64,000 nt of DNA. Origin: Acidobacteriota bacterium (GTDB lineage: Bacteria; Acidobacteriota; UBA6911; RPQK01; JAJDTT01). Under the pieces are notes generated by a model. It did not search any database and was not told the origin of the DNA. It saw only the letters and a program-made list of their open reading frames with translations. Below, in pieces: positions 50,781 to 60,781 of this stretch. Each line of letters begins with the position of its first letter. Position 1 is the first letter of the stretch. The translations under genes were made by a program, and so were the position numbers. The stretch lies in the NCBI GenBank assembly GCA_965209055.1, contig OZ242374.1, positions 2,464,001 through 2,528,000 on the forward strand, written 5' to 3'.

Positions 50781-53291
50781 TCATTCGTGGCGTAGCGCCT
50801 GCATCGGTTCCAGCTTGGTGATTCTATAGGCTGGAACCCCGGACGCCAGCAGGGATACAGACAATACCACTAGGGTGGCGATCAAATACGTCACCGGACC
50901 GAATGAGTCCAAATCGGACAGGAAGGAACTCATCAGTTGACTTAGGCCCAATGCCAAACCCAACCCAATGAATAGACCGATGGTCACCAGCACGAGGGAT
51001 TGTTTGAGGATCAGCCAAACCGCATGGTTCCGTGTTGCTCCCAGCGCCAACCGAACTGCGATCTCACGGGTTCGTCGTACGACCGAATGGGAGAGGACAC
51101 CGTAGAGTCCAACCGAAACCAAGATGAGGGCCAACAGGCCAAAGGAGCCCAACAGGAAATTCACGCGTAGCCACAGGGCGACGCTCTCCGCGATCGTTGC
51201 CGATAAGGATGGCGGTCCGTAGGTCGGCAGATCGGGGTCCAACTCGTGGACCGCTTGGCGCATCGAGGCAACCGTGCCGGAAGTCTGCTGTTGTCGCGAT
51301 CGAGCCAGGGCGGTGAAAGTTCCCTGATATTGCTGGAGCAAGGAAAAGTACACATGGGGATTCTGGTGGCCTCCCAGCCGGCGATGCCGGATCTCGCCGG
51401 CGACTCCGACCACTTCCCAGCGTCCTGAGTCGGAAAAGATCTGCCGCCCAATGGGATCGGCGTTGGGCCAGAATCGCTCGGCCACCGGCTGACTGATGAT
51501 GGCGACCAGCCGAGAGTCCTGATCGTCTGTCCAACGAAAGTCGCGACCCCGGATCAGTGGAATACGGATCGTGTCGAAGTATCCAGGGCCGACGGAATTT
51601 GATTCGATTTGAATCCGTTCCTCATTATTCTTGCGGATGGAAGTCCCGTAATAGCTTTTGGCCGCAGGGGAGAATTGCGCCAGGGTCGCGGATTCTATTC
51701 CCGGTGCCGACTCGATCCGTCGCAGAAGTTGTCGTTGGAACAGTGCGCCTCGTGTCTCGTCGTACCCCTGGGTGGCCACGTCAACGGACATTGAGCCCAC
51801 ATTTGCCGGGTCGAACCCCAAATCCTGAGCGAGTCGATCTCCCAGCGTCCGGATGGAAAACCCGGCCGTGACCAGAAGTGCAAAGGACAATGCCACTTGG
51901 ACGATGACCAGACGATGCCGCCAGCGACCATACTGGGTACTACTGGACGCCCCTGTGGCCCTGAGTACCGAAAAGAGGTCGATTCGGCTGGATTGAGTCG
52001 CTGGAGCGAGACCGAAGATGATGGCAGTTACCGATGAAAGGAACATAGTGAACAACAGCGTGCGGTTGTCCAGTTCCAAGCCGAAGTTCAACAGATCCGG
52101 CCGGACGAGATGGTCGGGGACCGAGAGCACACTGGTCACTGCTATGATCCAGGGTGCCACTATGGTCGCGGCGACGCCTCCGGCAAGAAAGAGCATGGTG
52201 GTTTCGGTGAGCAGGTAGCGCAACAGACGCCGCCGACTGGCTCCGGCAGCCAGACGAATTGCCATCTCGAGCCTTCTTTCCCCGGCGCGGGAGAGGAGTA
52301 GATTGGCGACGTTGGTGCAAGCAATGAAAAGTACGGAGCCCATGATCACACTCAGGATGATTCCGAAGATCCAGAGTTGGGGGCCTGTTTGTTGGCCAGT
52401 CGTTCCCCGGTGTCCTGGAGCCAGGCGCAGGACTCGATCCTTCCAGCCGGAGTCTTCCAGTTCCAGTTGGGGAACAATCGCGGCCAGACTGGATTGAGCA
52501 CCTTCCAAATTGATATCGGATTTGAGCCGTCCGATCAGGTTTAGCCACGGGTGGTTCGCCTCGTCGAGGCGATTCGGCGGCGACACTTGTGGCTGCATCA
52601 TTATGGGCACCCACAGGTCTGGTTCCCCGGAGATTCCTTTGAAATGCGAGGGCATGACTCCCACCAGAGTGAATGGGTGGCCGTTCACCTTTACGGTTTT
52701 TCCAACAATCTCTCGATCGCCGTGAAACCGCGTTCGCCAAAGACGATCACTGATCATGGCCACCGGATGCAGTCCGGGAGCTTGTTCCTCCTCCGATAGA
52801 AAGCCCCGGCCGACGCTGGGCTCAATCCCCACGACCTCAGTGAAGTTGGCCGAAACCATTTCTCCTGGAAGCCTTTCCGTGAATCCATCGGCGCTAAGGT
52901 GGGCTCTGAACGGGCTCCGTGCAATCAGACCCGAGAAAGCTTGGTTGGCCTCCCTGATCCTGAGGTAGGCGGGAAACGAGAAAACTTGGTTGGTGCTGTC
53001 GTGCCGTCTTTGCCCGGCAGAACCGAGACTCACGATCTCGTGGGGATTCGGCACTGGTAGTGGGCGAAATAAAAGGGTGTCGACCAGAGTGAACACTGCC
53101 GTATTCACACCGATCCCCAGAGCCAAGGTCGCAATGACGACGACTGTGAAGCCAGGTTTCCTGGCTAACGTCCGGAACGAGAGCCTGAGATCCCGGACGG
53201 TGTCCTCCAGATGGAGAAGCAGGCTGCGCGACTGTTTGTTCGGCATCGTATGGGTATCATTGGGAGAGACGGGGCCGGAAAATCCATTCAT
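50781..53291 (-). CDS. ADOP/MacB-type duplicated ABC permease
   Basis: LALGIGVNTAVF, IACTNVANLLL, EMAIRLAAGA, REIAVRLALGA, PMQALRHE. Confidence 0.9.
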   Translation of the reverse strand: MNGFSGPVSPNDTHTMPNKQSRSLLLHLEDTVRDLRLSFRTLARKPGFTVVVIATLALGIGVNTAVFTLVDTLLFRPLPVPNPHEIVSLGSAGQRRHDSTNQVFSFPAYLRIREANQAFSGLIARSPFRAHLSADGFTERLPGEMVSANFTEVVGIEPSVGRGFLSEEEQAPGLHPVAMISDRLWRTRFHGDREIVGKTVKVNGHPFTLVGVMPSHFKGISGEPDLWVPIMMQPQVSPPNRLDEANHPWLNLIGRLKSDINLEGAQSSLAAIVPQLELEDSGWKDRVLRLAPGHRGTTGQQTGPQLWIFGIILSVIMGSVLFIACTNVANLLLSRAGERRLEMAIRLAAGASRRRLLRYLLTETTMLFLAGGVAATIVAPWIIAVTSVLSVPDHLVRPDLLNFGLELDNRTLLFTMFLSSVTAIIFGLAPATQSSRIDLFSVLRATGASSSTQYGRWRHRLVIVQVALSFALLVTAGFSIRTLGDRLAQDLGFDPANVGSMSVDVATQGYDETRGALFQRQLLRRIESAPGIESATLAQFSPAAKSYYGTSIRKNNEERIQIESNSVGPGYFDTIRIPLIRGRDFRWTDDQDSRLVAIISQPVAERFWPNADPIGRQIFSDSGRWEVVGVAGEIRHRRLGGHQNPHVYFSLLQQYQGTFTALARSRQQQTSGTVASMRQAVHELDPDLPTYGPPSLSATIAESVALWLRVNFLLGSFGLLALILVSVGLYGVLSHSVVRRTREIAVRLALGATRNHAVWLILKQSLVLVTIGLFIGLGLALGLSQLMSSFLSDLDSFGPVTYLIATLVVLSVSLLASGVPAYRITKLEPMQALRHE

Positions 53292-53330
53292 AATCAGTAC
53301 GCTCCCTTCCGATCAGTAGCATCCACGGTT

Positions 53331-54029
53331 CTATGCTGCCTCATTCTCGTCGACGATCTGACCGTCGAAGAGGTGGACGGTCCGCTCGGCATGTTCGGCA
53401 TAGCGGGGATCGTGGGTCACGATGCAGACGGTCGACCCTTCCTGGTGCATCTTTCCTAGAAGTTCCATGACGGCTCCACCGTTTCTGGAGTCCAGATTCC
53501 CGGTAGGCTCGTCCGCCAATAGAATCGCCGGTCTGCCCACCAACGCCCGCGCCACGGCGACGCGCTGTTGTTGACCGCCCGAGAGCTGCGCGGGGTAGTG
53601 GTTCATCCGGTGGGACATGCCGACCCGCTCCAGGGACTCCTCCACGCGCCGGCGCCTCTCGACCCGTTTCAGGTTGCGGTAGGTCAGCGGCAACTCCACG
53701 TTCTCGAATACCCGGAGATCGCCGATAAGGTTGAAGTTCTGGAAGATGAATCCGATCTCCCGGTTTCTCAGGTGGGTCCTCTGGGCGAAGGAGAGGCCTG
53801 CCACCGGGTGGCCGTGGAGGTAGTATTCCCCGGCCGTGGGAGCGTCCAGCAGTCCCATGATAGAGAGCAGTGTGGACTTGCCGCAGCCCGAAGGGCCGGC
53901 AATCGAGACGTACTCACCCTTCCTCACCCCCAGGTGGACCCCGGACAGGGCGTGGGTCTCCACCTCCTCCGTCAGGAAGATCTTGGTGATCCCGTTCATC
54001 CGAATCAGCCATTCTCCGTTTCCATTCAT
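53331..54029 (-). CDS. ABC transporter ATP-binding protein (LolD/MacB-type)
   Basis: GPSGCGKST, LSGGQQQR, LLADEPTGNLD. Confidence 0.95.
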   Translation of the reverse strand: MNGNGEWLIRMNGITKIFLTEEVETHALSGVHLGVRKGEYVSIAGPSGCGKSTLLSIMGLLDAPTAGEYYLHGHPVAGLSFAQRTHLRNREIGFIFQNFNLIGDLRVFENVELPLTYRNLKRVERRRRVEESLERVGMSHRMNHYPAQLSGGQQQRVAVARALVGRPAILLADEPTGNLDSRNGGAVMELLGKMHQEGSTVCIVTHDPRYAEHAERTVHLFDGQIVDENEAA

Positions 54030-54059
54030 CGGTTCTTCTCCTTGGTCTGATCTCTGCGC

Positions 54060-55313
54060 CTATTCCAGTCGGATCCGGTCATGATCTTTCCATTGGGCCA
54101 TGTCCGAGAGCACCACATGATCTCCGACGTTCAGGCCCTCCATAACTTGAATCTCGCTGACCGAGCTGGCCCCCAATTCGACGCGGACCCGGTGGGCGTG
54201 AATCCTGTCCGGCTCGATCCGGAAGACGCTGGCGGAGCCGTCCTCCTGGCTGAAGCCGGGCCGCGGCATATAGACGACGTCGGCTAGATGCTCCAGTTCC
54301 ACGGTTCCGTCCACGCTCAGGTCGGGGCGCGCCCCTCGGGGCAGTTCTCCCTCCAACGCCACGTCCACAGTGACTAGCCCCTCCTTCACTGCAGGGGCGA
54401 TCCGCGAAACCCGTCCTGGGACGACGCCGTTTCGAGTATCGATCTCCGCCTTTTGACCCACCTCAAGATCCCGTGCTTGGGTCGCCGCCACCTCGATCTC
54501 CGCCTTGAGCCGGCTGGGTTCGGCGATGCGGAGCAAATTCGTGCCCGGAGTGACCTGCTGGCCGACTTCCACCTCCACCTGTTGCAGCACTCCGGAGATT
54601 CCGGGACGCACTCGCAAGGACTCCAGTTGGCTCCTCCGCAGTGAGTGGAGCAGACGCCGCTGCTCGACCTCGGCCCGCTTGGCCTCCAGTTGGGCCTCCA
54701 GAGATTTGGAGAAGATGTCCGTCCTTCTCTTTTCCAGCAGACGTTGAGTCTCAAGGGCCTCGGCTTTGCTTCGGCTGATCTTTGTATCCATCTCCGAGAC
54801 TAGGCCCTCGCGAAGCAGAGCGGCGTCCGCCTCCGCCTTAAGGGTCGCCTCCAGATAATCTGACTCGACGCTGGCGGCGTCGGCTTGGCGTTGCATCTTC
54901 TCGCTTTCGAGCTGGATCCGGAGATGGGCCATCTCCGCTTCGCTCCGTTTCAACTGGCTCTCCGCATCCAGAGCCTGCTGCTCCAGCTCGGGATTGCTCA
55001 ACTCCAGGAGAACCGTCTGGGGAGTGACCCGTTCTCCCGGGTTAATCAGGATCCGCTCGACGCGGCCCTGGGTGGCGGCGGGAATCCAGCGGATGATCTC
55101 GGGGATCAGCTTGCCCAGGCCGCGAATGCGGCGGGTGAGTTCGCCCCGCTTGACCTCCCCCATCCAGAGGGTGGATCGGTCGACACGGGGAGCGGCCGGC
55201 TCCAGGCGGGAAAGGCCCGCGCTGATGGCGGCAATGGAGACGATCACCGACAGCAGGTAGAGAGTGTGTCTGATTTTGCGTCGGCGGGCGGCGAAAGGTC
55301 TTTGGATGTCCAT
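54060..55313 (-). CDS. HlyD/MacA-type periplasmic adaptor subunit
   Basis: N-terminal TM, lipoyl halves and coiled coil; AAGGAGG RBS before MDIQRP. Confidence 0.9.
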   Translation of the reverse strand: MDIQRPFAARRRKIRHTLYLLSVIVSIAAISAGLSRLEPAAPRVDRSTLWMGEVKRGELTRRIRGLGKLIPEIIRWIPAATQGRVERILINPGERVTPQTVLLELSNPELEQQALDAESQLKRSEAEMAHLRIQLESEKMQRQADAASVESDYLEATLKAEADAALLREGLVSEMDTKISRSKAEALETQRLLEKRRTDIFSKSLEAQLEAKRAEVEQRRLLHSLRRSQLESLRVRPGISGVLQQVEVEVGQQVTPGTNLLRIAEPSRLKAEIEVAATQARDLEVGQKAEIDTRNGVVPGRVSRIAPAVKEGLVTVDVALEGELPRGARPDLSVDGTVELEHLADVVYMPRPGFSQEDGSASVFRIEPDRIHAHRVRVELGASSVSEIQVMEGLNVGDHVVLSDMAQWKDHDRIRLE

Positions 55314-55340
55314 GCTGTACCTCCTTGTGCTGTACATCCT

Positions 55341-55470
55341 AGCAATCAGTGTGCCAAGTTTAGGGAAAGAGTCAAATGTATGTAATTCAATGACTTATAC
55401 GAAATCGGACATTTGAGTCCGAAACCCCGAGTGTCCGGTTCCGGGATCACGCGTCCGGTATCGGACACTT
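55341..55470 (-). promoter_or_regulatory. Sigma54 promoter with activator sites for the adaptor-ABC operon
   Basis: TTGGCACACTGATTGCT (minus strand, 55341-55357); GTCC-N-GGAC palindromes at about 55430-55468; AT-rich IHF-like stretch between. Confidence 0.85.
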
Positions 55471-55584
55471 GGACCATAACGGGGAGAAGGACTTCGAGTA
55501 AGTAGAAAAAAACAGATCGGCACGGTCCGGATGCCTTAGGACCGGCGGGATGTGGTGCTGCTCAACCACCGGAGAGCCTCCCAT

Positions 55585-57321
55585 CTAATCACGGCGGGCC
55601 AGTACGATGTCGTTGCTGTCGACGAGGGTGTACATGGCCTTCTCCAAGTCGGTCACGGCCTGCTGATAGTCCACGCGCGCCCTCAGCTCCTGCACCTGCG
55701 ACTGGCTGAGATCACGCTGATACCGGAGCACCTCGAAGTTGGTGGACAGGCCGGCCTGGAAACGCTTGTTCTCCCCCTCCAACTGCGCCTCTGAGAGCTG
55801 TCGAGCAACGCGGGCCGCTTCCAGCCGCTTCCTCTGGGTGGCGATGCTCTCGTAGGCGTTGCGCACTTCCACGATGATCATCTGCTGCTGGTTCTTGCGC
55901 TGACTGGCGAGTTGGCGGTCCCGGATCAGCAGGCTGGCCCTCTCCGCCTTGTTGGCACGGTTCCTCAGGGGAATCTCCACGCTGACGCCGAGAGTGTAGT
56001 TGATGTAATCGAACCCGAAGACCTGACCCCATGAATTTCCGAAGCCGCCGAAAAACGGATTCGACGGCTGGGGCACGTTCTGCAAACGGGTGTCTGGGAC
56101 GCCGTCTCCGTCCGTATCCACGAACTCGCTCCCGAAGATCTCGCCGGCCCGCCCCGTATTGGTCAGGCTCGCCACCAGGTCCACGATGGGCCTGCCGTCC
56201 TGTTTGTAATACTCCCGATCCACTTCCACCTGTTCCCGGAGCAGCCGGTTCTGTTCCAGTTCTGGACGCCTCTCCATGGCCCTGGCGATGGCCTCATCCA
56301 GCGTGATGGCCAGGTCCTGGACTTGTGGAAGCTGAGTCGGGATCAAGGTCATATTCCAAATGGGTGCCGTCGGGTCGGGCGCCAAATGGCGCTTGAGTCC
56401 ATTCTGCGCGGTGATGATCTGGACCTCCGATTGGATCATCTCTTGCTCTCGCGTGGCCACCTCGGCCCGGGAGGCGGTGATCTCGATGGACGCCATGACG
56501 CCGATCCGGACTCGCTTTTGATTGTTCTCGTGCTGGATGATGGCCAACTCCATGGACTTGCGAATAGCCTCGTAGCTCTGAATGGCGAACACCAGCTCCC
56601 AATACTGGTTCTGCACCTGTTGGACGATCTCCGACACCTTCTGTTGGAACTGGCTTTCGCTGATTTCCGTCTCCAGGTTGTAGAGCTTGAGCTCGCGCCT
56701 GGTCTGGGTCTTACGGAATCCCCTCCAAAGCGGCTGGCGTAGCGAGACTGCGAAATTGGATCCGAAAGAGGGGTTCATGAAGGAGAAGGCGCTGTTAGTG
56801 CTGAAGCGGTTGTTGTTGAAGTTCAAAGTGAGGCTGCTTCCGTTGGGCAGATTCTGCACCAGCGACGTATCGAAGTAGATGAGGCCCGTCGTGTTCACTG
56901 GGATTCCCTGACCGGCGTCCAGGATGGACCGGGCCGGGTTTTCGGTGGCCGTCCAGCCTACCTCGACCCGCAGCCGGGGATCGTAGAAGCCCTTGCTTCT
57001 GAAGATATTCTGGCGGTTCAGATCCTCGTTGTAGTCCTCGATGGCGATCTCCAGGTTGTTGGTCAGCGCCAGACGGATGGCGCCCTTGACGCTCAACTCC
57101 CGCACCGGACTCTCCCGGCGCATCCGGTCCGCCCACGACTCGGGCCTGTCGATCGCTGGCATTTCTGATTGGGCCTGATCAAAGGCCATTTTCTCTAGAG
57201 GACCAGCTCGCAAGAATGGCACGGTCAACACGAGAAGAATCGGAAGGACGATCCCCGCAAGCGGATCGTGGGTGCGTCTGATTCTGCCTCGGCGATCGGC
57301 GAATGGTCTTGGGATATTCAT
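55585..57321 (-). CDS. TolC-family outer membrane protein
   Basis: AIRLALTNNLEI, LRQPLWRG, VEIPL, EVRNAY, RFQAGLSTNFEVL. Confidence 0.9.
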   Translation of the reverse strand: MNIPRPFADRRGRIRRTHDPLAGIVLPILLVLTVPFLRAGPLEKMAFDQAQSEMPAIDRPESWADRMRRESPVRELSVKGAIRLALTNNLEIAIEDYNEDLNRQNIFRSKGFYDPRLRVEVGWTATENPARSILDAGQGIPVNTTGLIYFDTSLVQNLPNGSSLTLNFNNNRFSTNSAFSFMNPSFGSNFAVSLRQPLWRGFRKTQTRRELKLYNLETEISESQFQQKVSEIVQQVQNQYWELVFAIQSYEAIRKSMELAIIQHENNQKRVRIGVMASIEITASRAEVATREQEMIQSEVQIITAQNGLKRHLAPDPTAPIWNMTLIPTQLPQVQDLAITLDEAIARAMERRPELEQNRLLREQVEVDREYYKQDGRPIVDLVASLTNTGRAGEIFGSEFVDTDGDGVPDTRLQNVPQPSNPFFGGFGNSWGQVFGFDYINYTLGVSVEIPLRNRANKAERASLLIRDRQLASQRKNQQQMIIVEVRNAYESIATQRKRLEAARVARQLSEAQLEGENKRFQAGLSTNFEVLRYQRDLSQSQVQELRARVDYQQAVTDLEKAMYTLVDSNDIVLARRD

Positions 57322-57333
57322 GCGGAACATCTC

Positions 57334-57465
57334 AGCAATCCGTGTGCCAAGGTGGGACGAGATCTACATCTGCTGTTATGTCAATAAGATACTGGAATCC
57401 AAAACGAACGGACGCACGATCCAAGTGTCCGTTTCCGGGACAAAGTGTCCGTTATCGGACACTTT
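57334..57465 (-). promoter_or_regulatory. Sigma54 promoter with activator palindrome upstream of tolC
   Basis: TTGGCACACGGATTGCT (57334-57350); AAAGTGTCCGTTATCGGACACTTT at 57442-57465. Confidence 0.85.
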
Positions 57466-57566
57466 TCCGGTTGTCCTCTACCTGGAACGCCCAGATGGTA
57501 GCGTCCGGGTATTAGGAACTACAGGCGGACAGCCCTGCCTTTCAATGCGGCGAGAGAACGGCCCTT

Positions 57567-57990
57567 CTAGGTCACCGGGTGAGCCAGACGGTCCCCCCAG
57601 TTTTCGTCGCAGACTTCGCGGCGAAATCCGTCCACCTTCTGCTCGGCGACGCCGATGTATTGGCTCATGTGGACCCTCTTCCCGGTGACGAACTGCCTCG
57701 CCGTGGGGTCCACCACGTCGAACCGCAGTTCCCCGCCGACTTGGGTGCTGTCGACCAACTCGTCCCCCTCCACCACGATCGGTCGGTTCAGAATGACCTG
57801 CTTTCCATCCGGCCGCTCCCGACCGCCCCGAAGATCAGGACGCCGGTATAGAGGCCCCGCTCGGGAATGACCAGCCACGACGGACCGGTGATCTCCCGTG
57901 CTTCCACGGGATGGTGCACTTCACCCACCACGACGGATGGCGCCTCGGCTTCGGGGGCAATCGGCCACTCGGGAAGGTCTCCTCGCATTT
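57567..57990 (-). pseudogene. Type IV coupling-protein fragment joined to another gene remnant
   Basis: WLVIPERGLYTGVLIFGAVGSG, truncated at Walker A; continues in another frame as an unrelated KQVILNRPIVVEGDE... fragment. Confidence 0.55.
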
Positions 57991-58181
57991 TTCTGGCGCT
58001 TGCTTTTGGCTCGAACCAAACGCGCCAGACGGATAGCGAAATCAGTCCGGCGAGCAGGACGGCGGCGCCTGGCGCGCTAGATCATCGCCGCCGCACCGGC
58101 TAGAACGAGCACCGCGTGCCGCCATTCATCGGGTCTTTCTCTAATACGTCAGCGCGGCATTCGTGGGCCATTTCCTAGTCC

Positions 58182-58500
58182 AGGCCTTCCCGCAGGGATC
58201 AATGAAGAAGTGAGCGACCCCCCCCCGCGCATGCCACGCCGGTGTCCAACGGAGTGGAACACCGGCAGCGCTTGCGTGGACGTGCGAGGCACGAAAACGG
58301 GGGGGTCGCTCACTTCTCCTACCCGGACTCCCCGTCCGGGCGCGCCTCCTCCCGAAGGGCGGGGACAACCCGAAGGGGCTCAATAAGATGGCGGAAAGGG
58401 AGCTTGTAACACTCGCCGCTCCGAGAGTGGAACACACCCCCCCATGTGTGCTTCACATCCTGGGACTTCGCCGGCCACGCCCTTCGGAGGTGGAACACGG
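58182..58500. repeat. Non-coding IR-rich segment (copy C), homologous to 19400-19714 and 18746-18868
   Basis: AGGCCTTCCCGCAGGGAT...AGAAGTGAGCGACCCCCC...GGGGGGTCGCTCACTTCT. Confidence 0.8.
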
Positions 58501-58608
58501 CCCGGGAGCGGTCCGCCACATTGCCGTCAATGGGACTTTTCGTGCTCTTTGCAGCCCGTGGATGCCCGACATCCACAGGGTCCACCCGGACCCGGCGCGC
58601 GCGGCCAC

Positions 58609-60573
58609 TTAGGCGGTCCACAACACTCCCCCCGGTTCCGCTGGAATCCGGACCGAGAGCCAGGTCCGGCTCCGGTCGATGCGGATGCGGTTTTGGGGGA
58701 TGGGGGCGGTGGCCCGCTCCAGCAACGCCTGGCGTTGGTCCAGGGCGTTCAAAAAGCCACCGTAGCGGGCGAGGCACTCCCGGTCGTTGGTCCGGACGGC
58801 CTGCCCGATGCGGCGGATGACCTGCTCCTCCTCCGGGGACAGGGGCTCGAACTCGGCCTCGGGACCCGGGCCGGCCCAGCGCCGCAGGACCTTCCCGGCC
58901 CGCTCCCGGCGGAGGTCGTCGCGGGCCACCGCGACCACGTGGACCGGGCGGTCTTGTGCGCGTAGCGCCGTCCAGAGCCGGGCGTGCTCCGCCCCCCACG
59001 AGAGCAGCTCCGAGTCGGTGTCCCGGCCGGGATCGACGTAGACGAAGGTCGCCCGGTCCTCCTCCAGGGCCAGTGGGAGCTTGCGGGGGAAGTAGCGGCT
59101 GCGTCCCTGGGCATGGCCGGCATAGTGCCGGCACGGGAACAGCCGCCGGGAAAGGCCCAGCGCCTCCAGCGCCCAGGCCTTCTCCCGCCCGGTGGGAAGC
59201 CACCGATGATTGGGGTGATCGAGAACGTAATCGAGCGAGAGCAGCCGGCGGAGCCGGACCCAGGCGGAAGATCCGGGGTGCGGGACGCGCTCCAGGTCCA
59301 GCGCCCGGTACAGGGCCTTGGCGGCGATGCGGCAGGTCCGGGTGGTGGTGGGCAGGCCGTCGAGGTCCTCCTCGACGCCGTGGCGGCGTGCGACGAGGCG
59401 GCGGACGAAGCGCAGGGCGCGGTTTCTCCGGCAGCGGAAATGGGCGCAGAACTGGGCGCGGGTGAACCAGCCGCCGTACCGGCAGACCAGGGCGATCCAC
59501 TCGGCCTCGGGACCGTGCCAGCCGAAGCGCTCCAGCATGTCGGCGCCCGGCGCCGGACGGGGCGGTCCCAGAATAGGGAGCGGAGGGGAGACGAGCGCCG
59601 GGTCAATCTGGCGGAGACGGATACGCGGTGCCTCCTGGACGCCGGGACGGCCGGAGGACGGCTCGGCGGTCCGCTCCTTGAGCTCGCGGGCGCCGGCGAG
59701 CAGGGCCTCGCTCATGCGCCAGGCGTCGGCAGCGGCCCGGACCAGTTCCCGGGGATCGGACTCCAGGAGTTGGATCCAGCGTTTGGTGTAGAACTCCCCA
59801 TTGCGGGGCCGGTGGCCGAGGCCGATCCGGACGCCGGTCATCAGGGCCGCGATCTCGGCCCGGAGATCTTCGCGGGCGGCAGCAGGCGAGGCGGTCCCGT
59901 CCCGAAGCGCGGCGGCGAGGCCCGGGCGGTTCAACCGGTCCGGGTGGCCGGTCCCGTGGCCGAGTTCGTGAAGAAGGGTCTGGTAATAGCGCTGGGCGCC
60001 GACGAATTGGGAGGGTGGCGGCAGGACGATCCGGTCCTCTTCCAGGTGGTAGTAGGCCCGGTCGCCGGGTTCGTGGCGGCGGCCGACGCCGCTGGCTTCG
60101 AGCAGGCGCTCGACCCGTTCGTGGACCTCCCAGGAAGGCGGGGGCCGGTCGTCGCGCGGTGGGAGGAACAGGCCCTCGGTCTGCTCGACGTTGAAAAGAC
60201 CGACCGAGCCCTCTTCGGAGCCGTCCTCCGCTGGGGGGCTCTCTGCCGGCGGGGAATCAAGATCCCGAGTCGGGAGGGGGAGGACGCCCTTCTGGTCCTT
60301 AGAAATTCGGCCCCCGGCGGCTTCGATCCGGTCCCGGGTGCCCCAGCGGGGATCCGAGTATCCCCGCTCGACGGCCAGGCAGAGAAGGTGGAGTCCCTGG
60401 ACCCCGTCGTAGTACTGGCGGGAAGGGAAGCGCTCGGGCCAGATCCGGTCCTCGGAAGACTGGTGTTGTTGCCAGGGGGACCGGCGGTTGCGAAGCTGGG
60501 CGAGGACCCGCAGGACGAAGGTCTCCAGGACCGGCCGGGGTTCGGGGGGTGGGACTCGGCGGCGCCAGAGCAT
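58609..60573 (-). CDS. ArdC-like antirestriction protein (ssDNA-binding plus zincin) fused to a Rep/relaxase-like domain
   Basis: PW, GYSDPRW, FNVEQ, AYY...DRIVLP..QF, YYQTLLHELGH.TGH..RLNR, EDLRAEI; C-terminal wHTH-like domain (FTRAQF, RRLLSLDYVL). Confidence 0.75.
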   Translation of the reverse strand: MLWRRRVPPPEPRPVLETFVLRVLAQLRNRRSPWQQHQSSEDRIWPERFPSRQYYDGVQGLHLLCLAVERGYSDPRWGTRDRIEAAGGRISKDQKGVLPLPTRDLDSPPAESPPAEDGSEEGSVGLFNVEQTEGLFLPPRDDRPPPSWEVHERVERLLEASGVGRRHEPGDRAYYHLEEDRIVLPPPSQFVGAQRYYQTLLHELGHGTGHPDRLNRPGLAAALRDGTASPAAAREDLRAEIAALMTGVRIGLGHRPRNGEFYTKRWIQLLESDPRELVRAAADAWRMSEALLAGARELKERTAEPSSGRPGVQEAPRIRLRQIDPALVSPPLPILGPPRPAPGADMLERFGWHGPEAEWIALVCRYGGWFTRAQFCAHFRCRRNRALRFVRRLVARRHGVEEDLDGLPTTTRTCRIAAKALYRALDLERVPHPGSSAWVRLRRLLSLDYVLDHPNHRWLPTGREKAWALEALGLSRRLFPCRHYAGHAQGRSRYFPRKLPLALEEDRATFVYVDPGRDTDSELLSWGAEHARLWTALRAQDRPVHVVAVARDDLRRERAGKVLRRWAGPGPEAEFEPLSPEEEQVIRRIGQAVRTNDRECLARYGGFLNALDQRQALLERATAPIPQNRIRIDRSRTWLSVRIPAEPGGVLWTA

Positions 60574-60781
60574 GAGGATCGCACCTCTTCCGGGAATGCG
60601 GGTCTGGAACCAGGATCTCGTGGATTGAGGATACACTCCGGAGAAAACCCCTGTTGGGATCTTCCCTGGCTGTTGGAGACGGATTCGCCGGTCGGGGAGG
60701 CCGGAACCGTCGGTGGTGGCTTCCGGGCGCGCTTCCTGGATATGATCGGTTCGCCGGTCCCCGGTGGAGAGGTGGATGGAT

